From positions 1-54,148 of IMG/VR virus record IMGVR_UViG_3300026907_000021: DNA of 54,148 bases; one strand, 5' to 3'. The stretch is from a virus (Duplodnaviria; Caudoviricetes). A model generated the notes under the pieces. The model worked only from the letters and a program-made list of their open reading frames with translations, did not search any database and was not told the origin of the DNA. The position numbers and the translations under genes were made by a program. Below, piece after piece: positions 44,596-54,148 of the stretch; position 1 is the stretch's first letter, and every line of letters begins with the position of its first letter.

Positions 44596-46590
44596 ATGGC
44601 CGACTTCGCAACGCTGGTTCTTGCGGCGGATTCTCGTAGCCTAAAGGCCGGCGAAAAGGATCTGGACAGCATCGCAGCAACTGCGGATCGCGCAGAGCGT
44701 CGAGTGGGCAAAGCCACTGACAGCATGGCCAAAGGTTTCAACGGGGTAGCAAAGCAGTCGACATTTGCTGGTCAGCAAATGCGGATGACCTCAATGCAGT
44801 TGAGCCAGGTCGCACAGCAGGCGTCAGCAACCGGCGACTGGCTTCAGGCGATCGCAATCCAGTTGCCGGATTTGGCTCTGGGGCTTGGGCCTATTGGGAT
44901 ATTGGCCGGCGCAGCAGCAGGGGCTTTGCTCCCCCTCGCAGCAAACTTTCTCACGGCGGCCGAGAACTCGGACACGCTAGAGACATCGATGGCGCGCTTG
45001 GCAAAGGCTACCGACAACTACGCCGAAGCGGTTGCCAACTCCTTGCTTTCCGCAAGCGATCTGGTGGAGAAGTTTGGCGCTCAGGCTGAAGGCGCGGGTC
45101 GGGTATACGATGCACTTCGGAAGATTGCCGAGCTCGATTTTGCCAAATCCATGAGCGACGTCAAATCGGCTTTGGAATCGACAATCCAGCCATTGGATGA
45201 GTCGGTAGAAAAGTTCGATCTGCTTGCCAAGTTGCCGAGAATGCAGACGGATGGTTTCGATGCCTATGCTGCCGAAGTGCAGAATTTGGCAAATCAATTT
45301 GGCCTTACCGCCGAGCAGGCGCGAAAGATAACGCAGGCGATGGACGACCTAGCCAGTGCTCAAGGGCCGGTCGAGATTTCTGAAGCCGCTATGAGGCTCG
45401 GTGATTCGCTTAGCGGCGCTGCCGACTCCGGCGCGAAGCTTTCACCTGAACTGCAGTCGGTCCAACGGGATGCTTACAAGGCGTCGTTGGACGCGGCCGA
45501 ATTTGCCAGAATGACAGGGCAGGCCGTCGGGCATGCCAACTCGCTGGCTACCGCAGTCGGAGGAGTTGCCGACCAGTATGCAAGGGCTGCTGAATTTGCT
45601 GCGGCTTTGGACGCTCAGAGAACAAAAGATGTATTGAGCCAGCTCGGTCCGCTCAATACGCTTAACGCTTTCGAGCGGACGCCTTTCCAAGACGAGATGC
45701 AGCTTCAGAATGAGCGGGCTGCGAACACCAAGAGTTTGTATCAGATCGAGGCTGAGCGAGAGGCAAAGCGGAACAGCCGTAGCGCCAACAGCGAAGCGAA
45801 GAAATACGAGCGCGAACGTCAAGCCGTTTCTGACCTCATTGATGAACTGAAGGAAGAATTGAGCCTCGTCGGCGCCACCGAGACAGCAAAGCGATCCGCC
45901 GCTGCCATTCGACAGGCGGGAGCCGCAGCAACCGATCAGGAACGAGAGGCAATCGCCAGCCTCATTACCCAGATCGATGCGGAGCAAGAGGCCCGTGATC
46001 GTCAGATCGACACTATGGACGAATACAAGGATTCCGTCGGGAGTGTTCTCGATGACATCCGCTCGGCCATGGACGATGGACGGATCAGTTGGGACGAATG
46101 GGCCGATATCGCCCTCAACGCGCTCGATAAGGTGATCAGCCGGATCCAAGACGATCTGCTGGACGCAATTTTCAGCGTCAACAAAGCTTCGTCAAACGGT
46201 GGAGGAAACGGCTTCTTTAGCTTCCTCGGCGGCTTGTTTGGTGGCGGCACAGGCGGCTTTGCAAAGCTTCCGGCTGTCGGTCCCGTTCCGATCGCTCGTC
46301 CAAGCTTTGATGGCGGTGGTTACACCGGTTCTGGCGCGCGCGTGGGCGGCCTTGATGGCAAGGGCGGCTTCTGGGCGATGATGCACCCGGACGAAACGGT
46401 GATCGATCACACCAAGGGTCAGTCCGCGACAAGCCAACTCGGGGGCACGTCTGAGGTGCTAGTGAGCCTTTCACCCGAGCTTGTGGGTCAAATCCTCGAA
46501 CAGGCGCAAGGACAGACGGTGAAAATCGTTTCTCAGAACAACAAGAACCAGCGCAACCTCTATCAGAACGGACAGGCGCAAGATGGCTGA
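44596..46590 (+). CDS. Tape measure protein
   Basis: Ala-rich helical; QLSQVAQQ..AIAIQLPD; C-terminal FDGGGYTG...GG.DGKGGF...HPDE.V. Confidence 0.92.
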   Translation: MADFATLVLAADSRSLKAGEKDLDSIAATADRAERRVGKATDSMAKGFNGVAKQSTFAGQQMRMTSMQLSQVAQQASATGDWLQAIAIQLPDLALGLGPIGILAGAAAGALLPLAANFLTAAENSDTLETSMARLAKATDNYAEAVANSLLSASDLVEKFGAQAEGAGRVYDALRKIAELDFAKSMSDVKSALESTIQPLDESVEKFDLLAKLPRMQTDGFDAYAAEVQNLANQFGLTAEQARKITQAMDDLASAQGPVEISEAAMRLGDSLSGAADSGAKLSPELQSVQRDAYKASLDAAEFARMTGQAVGHANSLATAVGGVADQYARAAEFAAALDAQRTKDVLSQLGPLNTLNAFERTPFQDEMQLQNERAANTKSLYQIEAEREAKRNSRSANSEAKKYERERQAVSDLIDELKEELSLVGATETAKRSAAAIRQAGAAATDQEREAIASLITQIDAEQEARDRQIDTMDEYKDSVGSVLDDIRSAMDDGRISWDEWADIALNALDKVISRIQDDLLDAIFSVNKASSNGGGNGFFSFLGGLFGGGTGGFAKLPAVGPVPIARPSFDGGGYTGSGARVGGLDGKGGFWAMMHPDETVIDHTKGQSATSQLGGTSEVLVSLSPELVGQILEQAQGQTVKIVSQNNKNQRNLYQNGQAQDG

Positions 46591-47233
46591 TCCTATTTCG
46601 CTTCCGGTCATTCCTTGGAGCCAAGTCGATTTCACGCCAGTAAGCCCTGTTTCTGCAAACAGGATGGAGGGGCGAAGGACGGAAGTTCAGGCGTTCGGCA
46701 CCCCTTACTGGACAGCGAAGTTCTCGACGGGAACGCTTCTCCCGAAACAGTCTGGCCTATTCGACGCCTTTATGATGAAGGCAGATGCCCGAGGCACAAC
46801 GTTTCTGGGTTATGACGTCTGGCGCCCTCGACCAATCGCGATGGATACAGGCGCGCCGCTATCCGGCACGAAAGCCGGAGGCGGTGCGTTCAACGGTCAG
46901 GTGTTCTTTCAGTCTGTAAGCGCAAATACTCTTTACCTCGGCGGGTTGCCGGCGGGGTTCGTTTTTTCCCCAGGCGACTACATTGAGGTTCGGAAAACCG
47001 TGCTCATAAGGTCGCTTCATCGCATCGTTGAGCCTTCCGTGGCGGACGCAAACGGATTCGCCACGGTGCAGATCATGTATGCGCTGGACACCCAGAACTT
47101 CCCATCGACATGCACCGGTCACCTAGAAAAGCCTGCATGCTTGATGATGATCGATCCCGGCAGTGCGCAGGCCCCAAAGTCGCTGGGCAGCCGGGAAACG
47201 TCATTCACCGCAACTGAGGTTTTCGTATCATGA
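46583..47233 (+). CDS. Distal tail protein
   Basis: Position after the tape measure gene. Confidence 0.7.
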   Translation: MADPISLPVIPWSQVDFTPVSPVSANRMEGRRTEVQAFGTPYWTAKFSTGTLLPKQSGLFDAFMMKADARGTTFLGYDVWRPRPIAMDTGAPLSGTKAGGGAFNGQVFFQSVSANTLYLGGLPAGFVFSPGDYIEVRKTVLIRSLHRIVEPSVADANGFATVQIMYALDTQNFPSTCTGHLEKPACLMMIDPGSAQAPKSLGSRETSFTATEVFVS

Positions 47234-47817
47234 GCCTTGATCCAGTCGTTGCAGCACAGATCGAGAAGGGACGAATTGCCCGCCTCGACCTGATCCGTTT
47301 CGATCTTCCGGGGAAGACCGTCGGATATCACCGTGGTGGCCGCCCTTACGTTTACAATGGCCTTACCTACCTGCCGAATCGGTTCTTGGACATAGGCAGC
47401 ATGACGTCGGCTGTCGGAACGGCGGTGACCACCCGCACGATCACGTTCTCGAATATACCGGTCACAGACCCTGATGATGCAATCGCCCGGATCGAAGAGT
47501 TCGACTATCAGAACAGCCCTTGCATCATTGCCCATCTATGCGGCGTGCCAAACACAAACGAGGTCTTGGGCATCCTCGCTTCGTCCATCTATGAGATCGA
47601 CCAGGTGCGCTACAACAAGGGCGCCGTATCCGGTTCTGAGCGCACGCTGACGATGGAGATTGATCTCCAGCCGCCGGGGCGCTCGGCGCGCGGCTCCACG
47701 GGCGTTAAGCGCTCCATCGCAGAACAACAGTTCGACAACAGCCCGACAGACACTGGCCTCGAATACGTCGCGACGAACGCGTCGATACCGGAGGAGTGGG
47801 GTCAGGTATCGCGTTGA
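47230..47817 (+). CDS. Tail hub protein (DUF2163-like)
   Basis: RS..EQQ....D.GLEYV.....WG end. Confidence 0.7.
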   Translation: MSLDPVVAAQIEKGRIARLDLIRFDLPGKTVGYHRGGRPYVYNGLTYLPNRFLDIGSMTSAVGTAVTTRTITFSNIPVTDPDDAIARIEEFDYQNSPCIIAHLCGVPNTNEVLGILASSIYEIDQVRYNKGAVSGSERTLTMEIDLQPPGRSARGSTGVKRSIAEQQFDNSPTDTGLEYVATNASIPEEWGQVSR

Positions 47818-48216
47818 TCAGCTTTCGCCGTGGAGGAGATTCATTCCTTTGATGGCGTCGGTCAATGACGAATAGGGAGCGCTCCGTTGCGAAATGCCAC
47901 CACCAGGGAAATGAGCAACTGGCATCCACGACCTCTCAGACTTGGTGACCCAGACAAGGGTTCCAATCGGATAGGGGTCCACATTCGGCGATGTTGGGTC
48001 CACAGATGGTGGATGCCCTCCGGGCAAGGGCTCGTCACTGGCGTATTCGTGAATCTTTGCCAAAGCGTCCGCCAGTGATGGTTTGTAGTGCTTTCCGACA
48101 GGAAGTGATGTGGATGGTACTTGAGAGCCGGGAGGGAAAACATTGAAAAATGACCAACCTCCATTCTGCTTCAAGAAAACAACGGCTGCCCCAGCCGGGT
48201 ATGCAAATTTTGTCAT
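47818..48216 (-). CDS. Moron-like protein with an internal domain duplication
   Basis: Antisense; RBS ggagg; two YP.G..V...K....W...FP.G...SL.DA units. Confidence 0.65.
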   Translation of the reverse strand: MTKFAYPAGAAVVFLKQNGGWSFFNVFPPGSQVPSTSLPVGKHYKPSLADALAKIHEYASDEPLPGGHPPSVDPTSPNVDPYPIGTLVWVTKSERSWMPVAHFPGGGISQRSAPYSSLTDAIKGMNLLHGES

Positions 48217-48280
48217 GTAAACCTCCAACGCTCGATCCTTTGCGGCAACCTATGCGGCAAATTTGCGAAGGTAAAGAATA

Positions 48281-48685
48281 ATGAGCAGATTTAGAGTTGT
48301 CGAAGCTACGCTGGCTGCGGAGCTTGCGAAGCCGTATGCCTATGGCACAGCCGATTGCTTCTTTCTGGGTTGCGCGATGATTGACGCTCTCACGGGCGCC
48401 GAGACGGCCAAGAAGTATCTCGGCAGCTATCGCACGCTCGCAGGTGCCCAGAAAGCGCTCAGGAAGCGCAAACACAAGTCGCTGGTGACATTCTTCGCCG
48501 CCGAGCTTGATCAGCAACCAAAGGGCGCAGCAGAGGCGCGGATGGGCGATCTTGTTATTCTGCGATTGGATGATGGCGCCGAGCATGTCGGCATCTGCCT
48601 CGGCCTTCGCTTTGTTACGAAAACACCCGTTGGCCGTCAGGATTTCGGCCTCTCGGAAGTCACCGCCGCCTTTCACATCGGATAA
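48281..48685 (+). CDS. NlpC/P60-like tail-tip assembly protein
   Basis: YG.ADC and GD...EHVGIC Cys/His dyad. Confidence 0.75.
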   Translation: MSRFRVVEATLAAELAKPYAYGTADCFFLGCAMIDALTGAETAKKYLGSYRTLAGAQKALRKRKHKSLVTFFAAELDQQPKGAAEARMGDLVILRLDDGAEHVGICLGLRFVTKTPVGRQDFGLSEVTAAFHIG

Positions 48686-48691
48686 TCGCCA

Positions 48692-51389
48692 ATGATTTTT
48701 ACAGCTATCGGCACGCTGCTTGCGGGCACGGCGACGATATCGCTATTCGGTGCGACTGTTTCACTCGCATCGGTCATTGGCGGCGCACTCGCGTTCGGCA
48801 CCAGCCTTGCGTTCAGCTACCTAAAACGTCCCAAGAAGCGGACGTACGCTGCCGTACAAGGTGAAACCAAATATGGCGGTGATGTTGATGTTGAAACCCT
48901 GTTTGGCCATGGCAAGACCAAAGGTCAGCGCTCATATTATGCGAAGTGGGGGCAGGGGAATAAGTTCAACGCTGAGGTTTTCGATCTAGCTAACGGCTGG
49001 TGCGATGGCCTCGAAAACTATTGCTTCGTCTATGGCGAACGCCGCGCGCTGATCCAGGTCGGCAACGTCGGCGGGGAAGCCGCGCACTATCACGTTGATG
49101 GCTTCAGCGACAAGATATCGATCCGGTTCTATGATGGCCGTCCCGGTCAGCCAGTGGATGCTAAGCTGGTTGCGGACACGGCGACCCTCGGCAACGTATG
49201 GAAGAACACGAGCGTCAACGCTGGCCTATGCTATGTGATTGTAGAGCGCCTTTATGACAGCGCGCTTTTCGAGAAGGGCAAGCCCGAGTTTGAATGGGTG
49301 ATGCGCGGTCTGCGCGAATATGACCCCAGAAAGGATTCGACGGTTGCCGGCGGCTCTGGCCCGCAACGCATCAACGATCCTGCAACGTGGTTGTTCACAC
49401 GCAACCCGGCTGTACACCGCCTGAATTATCAGCTTGGCCTCAGGGCATTGAACTCCGGCCGCACACTGATTGGTGAGGGCAAGTCGCTCGGTCAACTGGA
49501 TCTGTCAACGTACTTCGTCGCGATGAACGTCTGCGACACCATCAAGGCCGGGAAGCCAACGTATGAATGCGGTCTGTGGGTAACCGGCGCTGACGATCAC
49601 ACGGAAATCCTCAAGGAATTTGAGGATGCGATGGCAGGCTACGGTCTCAACCGTCGTGGCCTGTCTGGCGTGATTGCTGGCGCACCGCAAATACCGGTGA
49701 TGGAGATCACCAAAGACGATCTCGATATCGGCAGGGACAGTGAATACCAGTTCAAGAAGTCTGCTTTCGAGCGGTATAACCATCTCTCCGGTCAGTTCCT
49801 TTCGATCGAGGATAACTGGAACCCGCAGAGCCTGAAGCCGGTCTACTCGAACGCCGACGTGGCCGCTGACGGTCGCAACCGGCAGACAAGCAACGACTTT
49901 TTGCAGGTCACAGACCCGGATATCGCCCAATACCTCCTGACGATCCGGTACCGCCAGAACCGCATGGGCGGCACGGCTGCTTTGCCTGTCAGTCTCCGCG
50001 TTGGCCTGAAGGTTCAGGAAGGCGAGTGGATCGTCTGGAATGGCCGCACATGGATGATCTCGGAGTGGATTTGCGACGAGAGCTTCAACATCACTCTGAA
50101 GCTGTCGGAGACCAGCGCTGACATCTACGATGACGGCGGCATTGATCCGGGCCCGGTGGTCATCCCGCCGACGCCACCGATAAACCCCTCGATCCTCACG
50201 ACCGTTCAGAACTTCACGGTCGAAACCGGGATGATCGAAGGTGCTGAAGGTTTCCAGACGCCGGTTCTCCGGTTCACCTGGGATCCCCCGCAAGACCCGT
50301 CGATTGTCGAAGTCATCTTCGAATACCGGATCAGCGGCCAGACGACTGTCTATACCGACGTCTGCAAAGACCCGGAGGCTGGCGTTTACCAGACCTCAAA
50401 GGATGTGATTTCGGGTGTGTTTTACAACGCTCGAGCCACGATCAGGACGGTGCCAGACAGGTTTAAGACATTCACGGCTTGGATTACTTCGGCCAACATC
50501 ACCGGCAATCAGACGGTGTTTGCAGAGATCGATCTGTCAAACATTGAAGAAGCGCTCGGATGGCTCCGCAACAGCACCAGAACCGCACAGGACGCCATAG
50601 ACGGCCTGATTGCGGCGCAGATGGAAATGGCGACGGTTGCCTATAAGGACACCCGTAATCTCGCCAGAGAACTGTCTGTGGAACTTGGCGCGGCCCGCGC
50701 TGAATATCGCGAAGACATCCAGCTCGCGGTGAATGAAACCATGGCAGTCGCTGGCAAGGTGGAGACACTGACGGCGGCGCTGGGCGGCAACACGGCATCG
50801 ATCAACATCGCTTGGGCGGCTATTGCTGCCCCGTCGGGCTATGCTGCTCGATACGGCATCACTGCCGCCGTCAACGATGAGCAGTACCGCTCGGCCGTGT
50901 TTCTCATGGATGTGCCGTCAAATCCGTCCTTGCCTACCCGCATCGTGATGCAGGCCGGTCAGGTTGTGATGATCAGTGACGACGATCTGACGATAAAGCG
51001 CCCGTTCGTATTCCAGTCTGGTGTCCTCTATCTCGACGAGGTGAAGGTCAACCAATTGTCGGCCCTATCGGCAGTTCTGGGCAACGTCGATATTTCGAAC
51101 GCCTACATCGGCACGTTGACGGTCGGTACATCCAACATCGAACCTGGCGCGATCACGAGGGTGGATAGCAACTCTCGAACTGACACAGGGACGTTCGATG
51201 TCACTGTCAGTCACGGCGTCGGCTCACCAACTGTGCGTCTTGATATCGCAAGCAAGCTGATTTCTGGGGGAACAGTCAACGGAAAGTCACAAATCGTCAC
51301 TCAGAACATCACCAACGGTGGTGAAGTGAGTAACTTCTGCATCTTCAACTCGACGGACGATGCCAGCGGGTTCCGGTATGTTGGGAGTG
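48692..51389 (+). CDS. Central tail tip / host-specificity protein (gpJ-like); continues at 128-252
   Basis: YDPRKDSTV.GGSG.QR...P.TW....NPA; FnIII-like region; C-terminal coiled coil. Confidence 0.88.
51263..51389 (+). repeat. 127-bp exact direct repeat, copy 2
   Basis: Identical to 1-127. Confidence 0.97.
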
Positions 51390-51670
51390 GCCTTCTCTGC
51401 GCTGTTCTGCTGGCCTCTGGCTCCTACTGGATTGGTAAGCGCGAAGGTCGCTCACAGGCGGCGACAGAGGCGCTAGCCAAGACCGTCGAAGTTCTCCAAT
51501 CAAGGAACGAAACCAATGTGGAAATCACTTCTTCCGCTGCTGCTGAGTTGTGCGCTCATTTCGGGCTGCCAGACGAGGAACGCATCGAATGTGTGCGCAG
51601 GCTGGAGCAAGCTGACGCCGACGCTCGAAACCGCGCTCAAGATCACGATGGACGACCGGCAGTTCGCTAA
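51390..51670 (+). CDS. i-spanin allele B, 5'-truncated
   Basis: AKTVEVLQSRNETNVEITSSAAAELCAH identical to the 3608 protein. Confidence 0.8.
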
Positions 51671-51719
51671 CCAGGTCGCGTCACACAACGCCCATGGCGT
51701 GAAACAGAAATGCTGGTGA
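51516..51719 (+). CDS. o-spanin allele B (HNH-free)
   Basis: MWKSLLPLLLSCALISGC lipobox. Confidence 0.82.
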   Translation: MWKSLLPLLLSCALISGCQTRNASNVCAGWSKLTPTLETALKITMDDRQFANQVASHNAHGVKQKCW

Positions 51720-51729
51720 GGATTGCACA

Positions 51730-53526
51730 ATGATCGGTCTTGGACTTGGCCTGTCTCTCGGGGTGTCTGGTAAGGGCGCCTCTCTGCCTAACATGGCCCC
51801 GGTCACAAGCTGGCGCGTACCCGTGCTCGCTGCTTACGACAGCCTTGGTAATAGCGTTCTCGTGGCGGCTCTTGTTGCCTCAGGCGCCGACAAATCCATA
51901 CCCTCATATCCGATCGCCGCAACCACGACCAGAACCGTTGCTTGGAAGCTGGGAGCCATCGCCGCTCCGGGTGGTCTGCTTTCATTCGTGTTCGAGGGAG
52001 CAAGCGCAACTGTGTCGGCCGCGTACAGCGACGATAGCACCGATGGTTCTAACGGCACGTGGACGGCAATTTCATATTCTCTGGTTTCTCCGACCGCATT
52101 CTACACAGGGCGCCGCCAACCAATTCTGTTGCCTGCCGCAGCATCTGGGCGATGGGTGAGGCTGGTGATTAACAATCCCGCAGCTTCGACAGTCTATTCC
52201 GTTTATCCATTGATCCATCAGTTGCAGGCCAGCAAGGTTCGCAATGATGCGCAGTTGATTATGGGGGCATCACAGACAACGAACGGTTTCCTGTCGCTTG
52301 TGTATGAGGATGCAATACGGTCTGCGTTCCCAACGTCCGACCCCATTGTCTTCAACCACGGGGAGGCTGGCGAAACTGCATCCGGGATATTGGCGAACTG
52401 CGCACCAGCGATTTCAGCTTTCAATGGCTTCTGCCCTCGTGTGTATCTCGATAACCTGATTGGGAACGATATCACGGGCGCCCAGCCAATCAGCGACGAT
52501 TCTCCGTCGAGCCTGACGACCATGCGAAGCCTTGTCGACCAGATCATTGCTGCCTTCGCCGGATGGAACATATTTACTTCGGACATCACCTTCAGGGAAT
52601 ATACCGGGGTTACGCCATCCGCACCCGACAATGGCTCTCTGCCTTATAACCAGCAGATCATGTGGCCTGCGATCCTTGCAGACAACCCCGATTGCTACGA
52701 CAGGGCGCTCGGCGTTTCCCGCATCAATCTATATTCGTGGGCGTTGTTCAATCGCAACTGGCTTCAGGACCAGATCCACTACAGCAATTACTCGACCTAT
52801 CGCGCCGAACTAGTTCGCACGATGGAGGGCAGGGTCCGCAATTCGAAATGGCCGGACAGTTATGCGCTGATGCTGGTCAAGCGGCTTGAAAGCGAACGGC
52901 TGTACCACCTTAAGCGTGAGGCTGGATATGCAGTCAGCTCTCTCCCTGCGTCCAGTACAAAGACAGCGCTTCAGGCTCGTATTGACGCAGTGACCAATCT
53001 GTTGCCGTCCCGCATGAAGATAAGCCATGGACCGGATGCGAACGCACCGCCAGCGCCGTGGACCAATACCGCGAGAACAACCGTCGGCGCCGCTATCACG
53101 GACATCATTACGGAGGATGGCTTCAAGACCTCCTACGTCTGGAATATCTCCGTTGCCGGAAATGGTGCTTTTGCCTTCGGTGCCCAAGGCGCCGCAGTGG
53201 GCGCTGATTTCCCCGATAGTGCATTGCTCGGCTATCTCTCTGACACCGTGGACAGCTTGGCAGTCAAGCTCACCAACGGTGATGCTTCGGAGCGCTACCG
53301 GATCAAGGCGATGGGTTCCCGCGCTGGCACAGGCTCTCGCCTACAGGATTTCGTAGCTGGCGGGGTAACGCAAACCGTCAACGTCCTGGGCAATCTCACA
53401 AGCGTTGCAGATTTCACCGGTCTTGCGCCGACTGCCGGCGAAGTCGAGATGACCATCAACCGCGGGACCGGCAACACTACGGCGGTTTATCTCAACGGCG
53501 TGATCCTCGAAGCGAACGCCGCCTGA
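51730..53526 (+). CDS. Putative head-spike fibre (allele B) with SGNH hydrolase domain
   Basis: MIGLGLGLSLGV anchor; GASQT, G.AG.T, IGNDI, DQIH SGNH blocks. Confidence 0.7.
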   Translation: MIGLGLGLSLGVSGKGASLPNMAPVTSWRVPVLAAYDSLGNSVLVAALVASGADKSIPSYPIAATTTRTVAWKLGAIAAPGGLLSFVFEGASATVSAAYSDDSTDGSNGTWTAISYSLVSPTAFYTGRRQPILLPAAASGRWVRLVINNPAASTVYSVYPLIHQLQASKVRNDAQLIMGASQTTNGFLSLVYEDAIRSAFPTSDPIVFNHGEAGETASGILANCAPAISAFNGFCPRVYLDNLIGNDITGAQPISDDSPSSLTTMRSLVDQIIAAFAGWNIFTSDITFREYTGVTPSAPDNGSLPYNQQIMWPAILADNPDCYDRALGVSRINLYSWALFNRNWLQDQIHYSNYSTYRAELVRTMEGRVRNSKWPDSYALMLVKRLESERLYHLKREAGYAVSSLPASSTKTALQARIDAVTNLLPSRMKISHGPDANAPPAPWTNTARTTVGAAITDIITEDGFKTSYVWNISVAGNGAFAFGAQGAAVGADFPDSALLGYLSDTVDSLAVKLTNGDASERYRIKAMGSRAGTGSRLQDFVAGGVTQTVNVLGNLTSVADFTGLAPTAGEVEMTINRGTGNTTAVYLNGVILEANAA

Positions 53527-53533
53527 CACATCA

Positions 53534-53560
53534 CCCCCGACCTATGGCCGGGGTTTCTTT
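53534..53560 (+). terminator. Intrinsic terminator
   Basis: ccccga-cctatgg-ccgggg hairpin followed by tttcttt. Confidence 0.55.
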
Positions 53561-54020
53561 AATCGCATCTCAAGGGCAGGCTTACCGGATGGCGGAGAAT
53601 ACAAACATGCAGATAAGTCGCGCTCCGAAATTGGAATGGAACCTCAATACAATAATCCAGATTGTCACCCTCGTCGGAATGGTCGGGGGTGGCATTGCAA
53701 TCTGGGTGGACAAAAGCCGTGACATTGAAGACTTGCAGGGCTGGCGGACGAACCACGAGCAGCTTCACAAGGAGCGCCTTGTGGACGTTAAGGCGAACGA
53801 GGCAAGGAACGACGAGAAATTCAAGAGCGTCGAGGCTGATGTTCGAAAGCTCACCAGCCTAACAGACAGCCTGAATTTCCGCCTCACCACCAACGAGAAC
53901 GCTACGACGGGCATCGCTTCGACGGTCAAGGACATCCAGACCCAGCTATCGCAACAGTCTGGTGACCTTCGCGAGATCAAGGTTATCTTGCAGCGGATGG
54001 AGAAAGGCCAGCGGCCTTGA
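53544..54020 (+). CDS. Single-TM coiled-coil protein (allele B; start may be 53589)
   Basis: TIIQIVTLVGMVGGGIAIW TM; same position as 7167-7817. Confidence 0.65.
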   Translation: MAGVSLIASQGQAYRMAENTNMQISRAPKLEWNLNTIIQIVTLVGMVGGGIAIWVDKSRDIEDLQGWRTNHEQLHKERLVDVKANEARNDEKFKSVEADVRKLTSLTDSLNFRLTTNENATTGIASTVKDIQTQLSQQSGDLREIKVILQRMEKGQRP

Positions 54021-54148
54021 ACATGCCCAGTTCCGGGTAATGCTCAACGCAGTGCCACGATGGCTTGTCTACCTTCGACCGGCTGAATCCAAAACTTCCC
54101 CAGCGCGAACAGTTCGGGTGCTCGCACCAGTGGTTCTCATGTATGCCG
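54017..54148 (-). CDS. Partial homologue of 7803-7985 (both ends undefined)
   Basis: Reads ENHWCEHPNCSRWGSFGFSRSKVDKPSWHCVEHYP. Confidence 0.75.

Larger units (their letters stand above)
1..51389. mobile_element. Temperate siphovirus genome, circularly permuted (unit length about 51,262 bp)
   Basis: Integration, immunity, replication, packaging, head, tail and lysis modules all present; 127-bp terminal repeat; att core has phage genes on both sides. Confidence 0.93.
51390..54148. mobile_element. Second allele of the spanin / head-fibre / TM-protein region from a related phage
   Basis: Syntenic with 3654-7960; near-identical patches in the spanins and the MIGLGLGLSLGV start. Confidence 0.85.

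Noticed and set aside
48692-51670. 992-aa tail-tip/spanin fusion as a real novel protein
   Set aside because: The fusion point is exactly the end of the 127-bp terminal overlap, and the natural C-terminus is at 128-252

Overview
Positions 1-51389 are a near-complete temperate siphovirus genome of a Rhizobium/Agrobacterium-type host. The host is inferred from an alpha-proteobacterial LexA box, a CtrA box, a tRNA-Cys att core and a GTA-like head spike. Bases 1-127 are repeated exactly at 51263-51389, which fits a 51,262-bp circle opened inside the tail-tip gene, with an attP-like site (5' half of tRNA-Cys) at 8482-8521. Module order: tail fibre, lysis, head-fibre cassette, SOS-boxed pair, attP/int/xis, leftward early and recombination operon, OL, small wHTH initiator-like gene with iterons, cI operon carrying a HEPN gene pair, OR/cro, rightward early genes (RuvC-like, two MTases, DnaB), atypical tRNA-Met, then terminase, head and tail. 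Positions 51390-54148 are an appended second allele of 3654-7960 from a related phage, probably a separate contig. Main findings: an HNH cassette that replaces the 3' ends of both overlapping spanin genes; a structured 5' leader shared by two unrelated HNH genes; a C5-methyltransferase split over overlapping frames; a HEPN pair coupled to cI; a displaced origin with a CtrA box; a candidate -1 frameshift in the minor head gene; and swappable head-spike fibres. All family calls come from motif recognition by eye; no database search was run.
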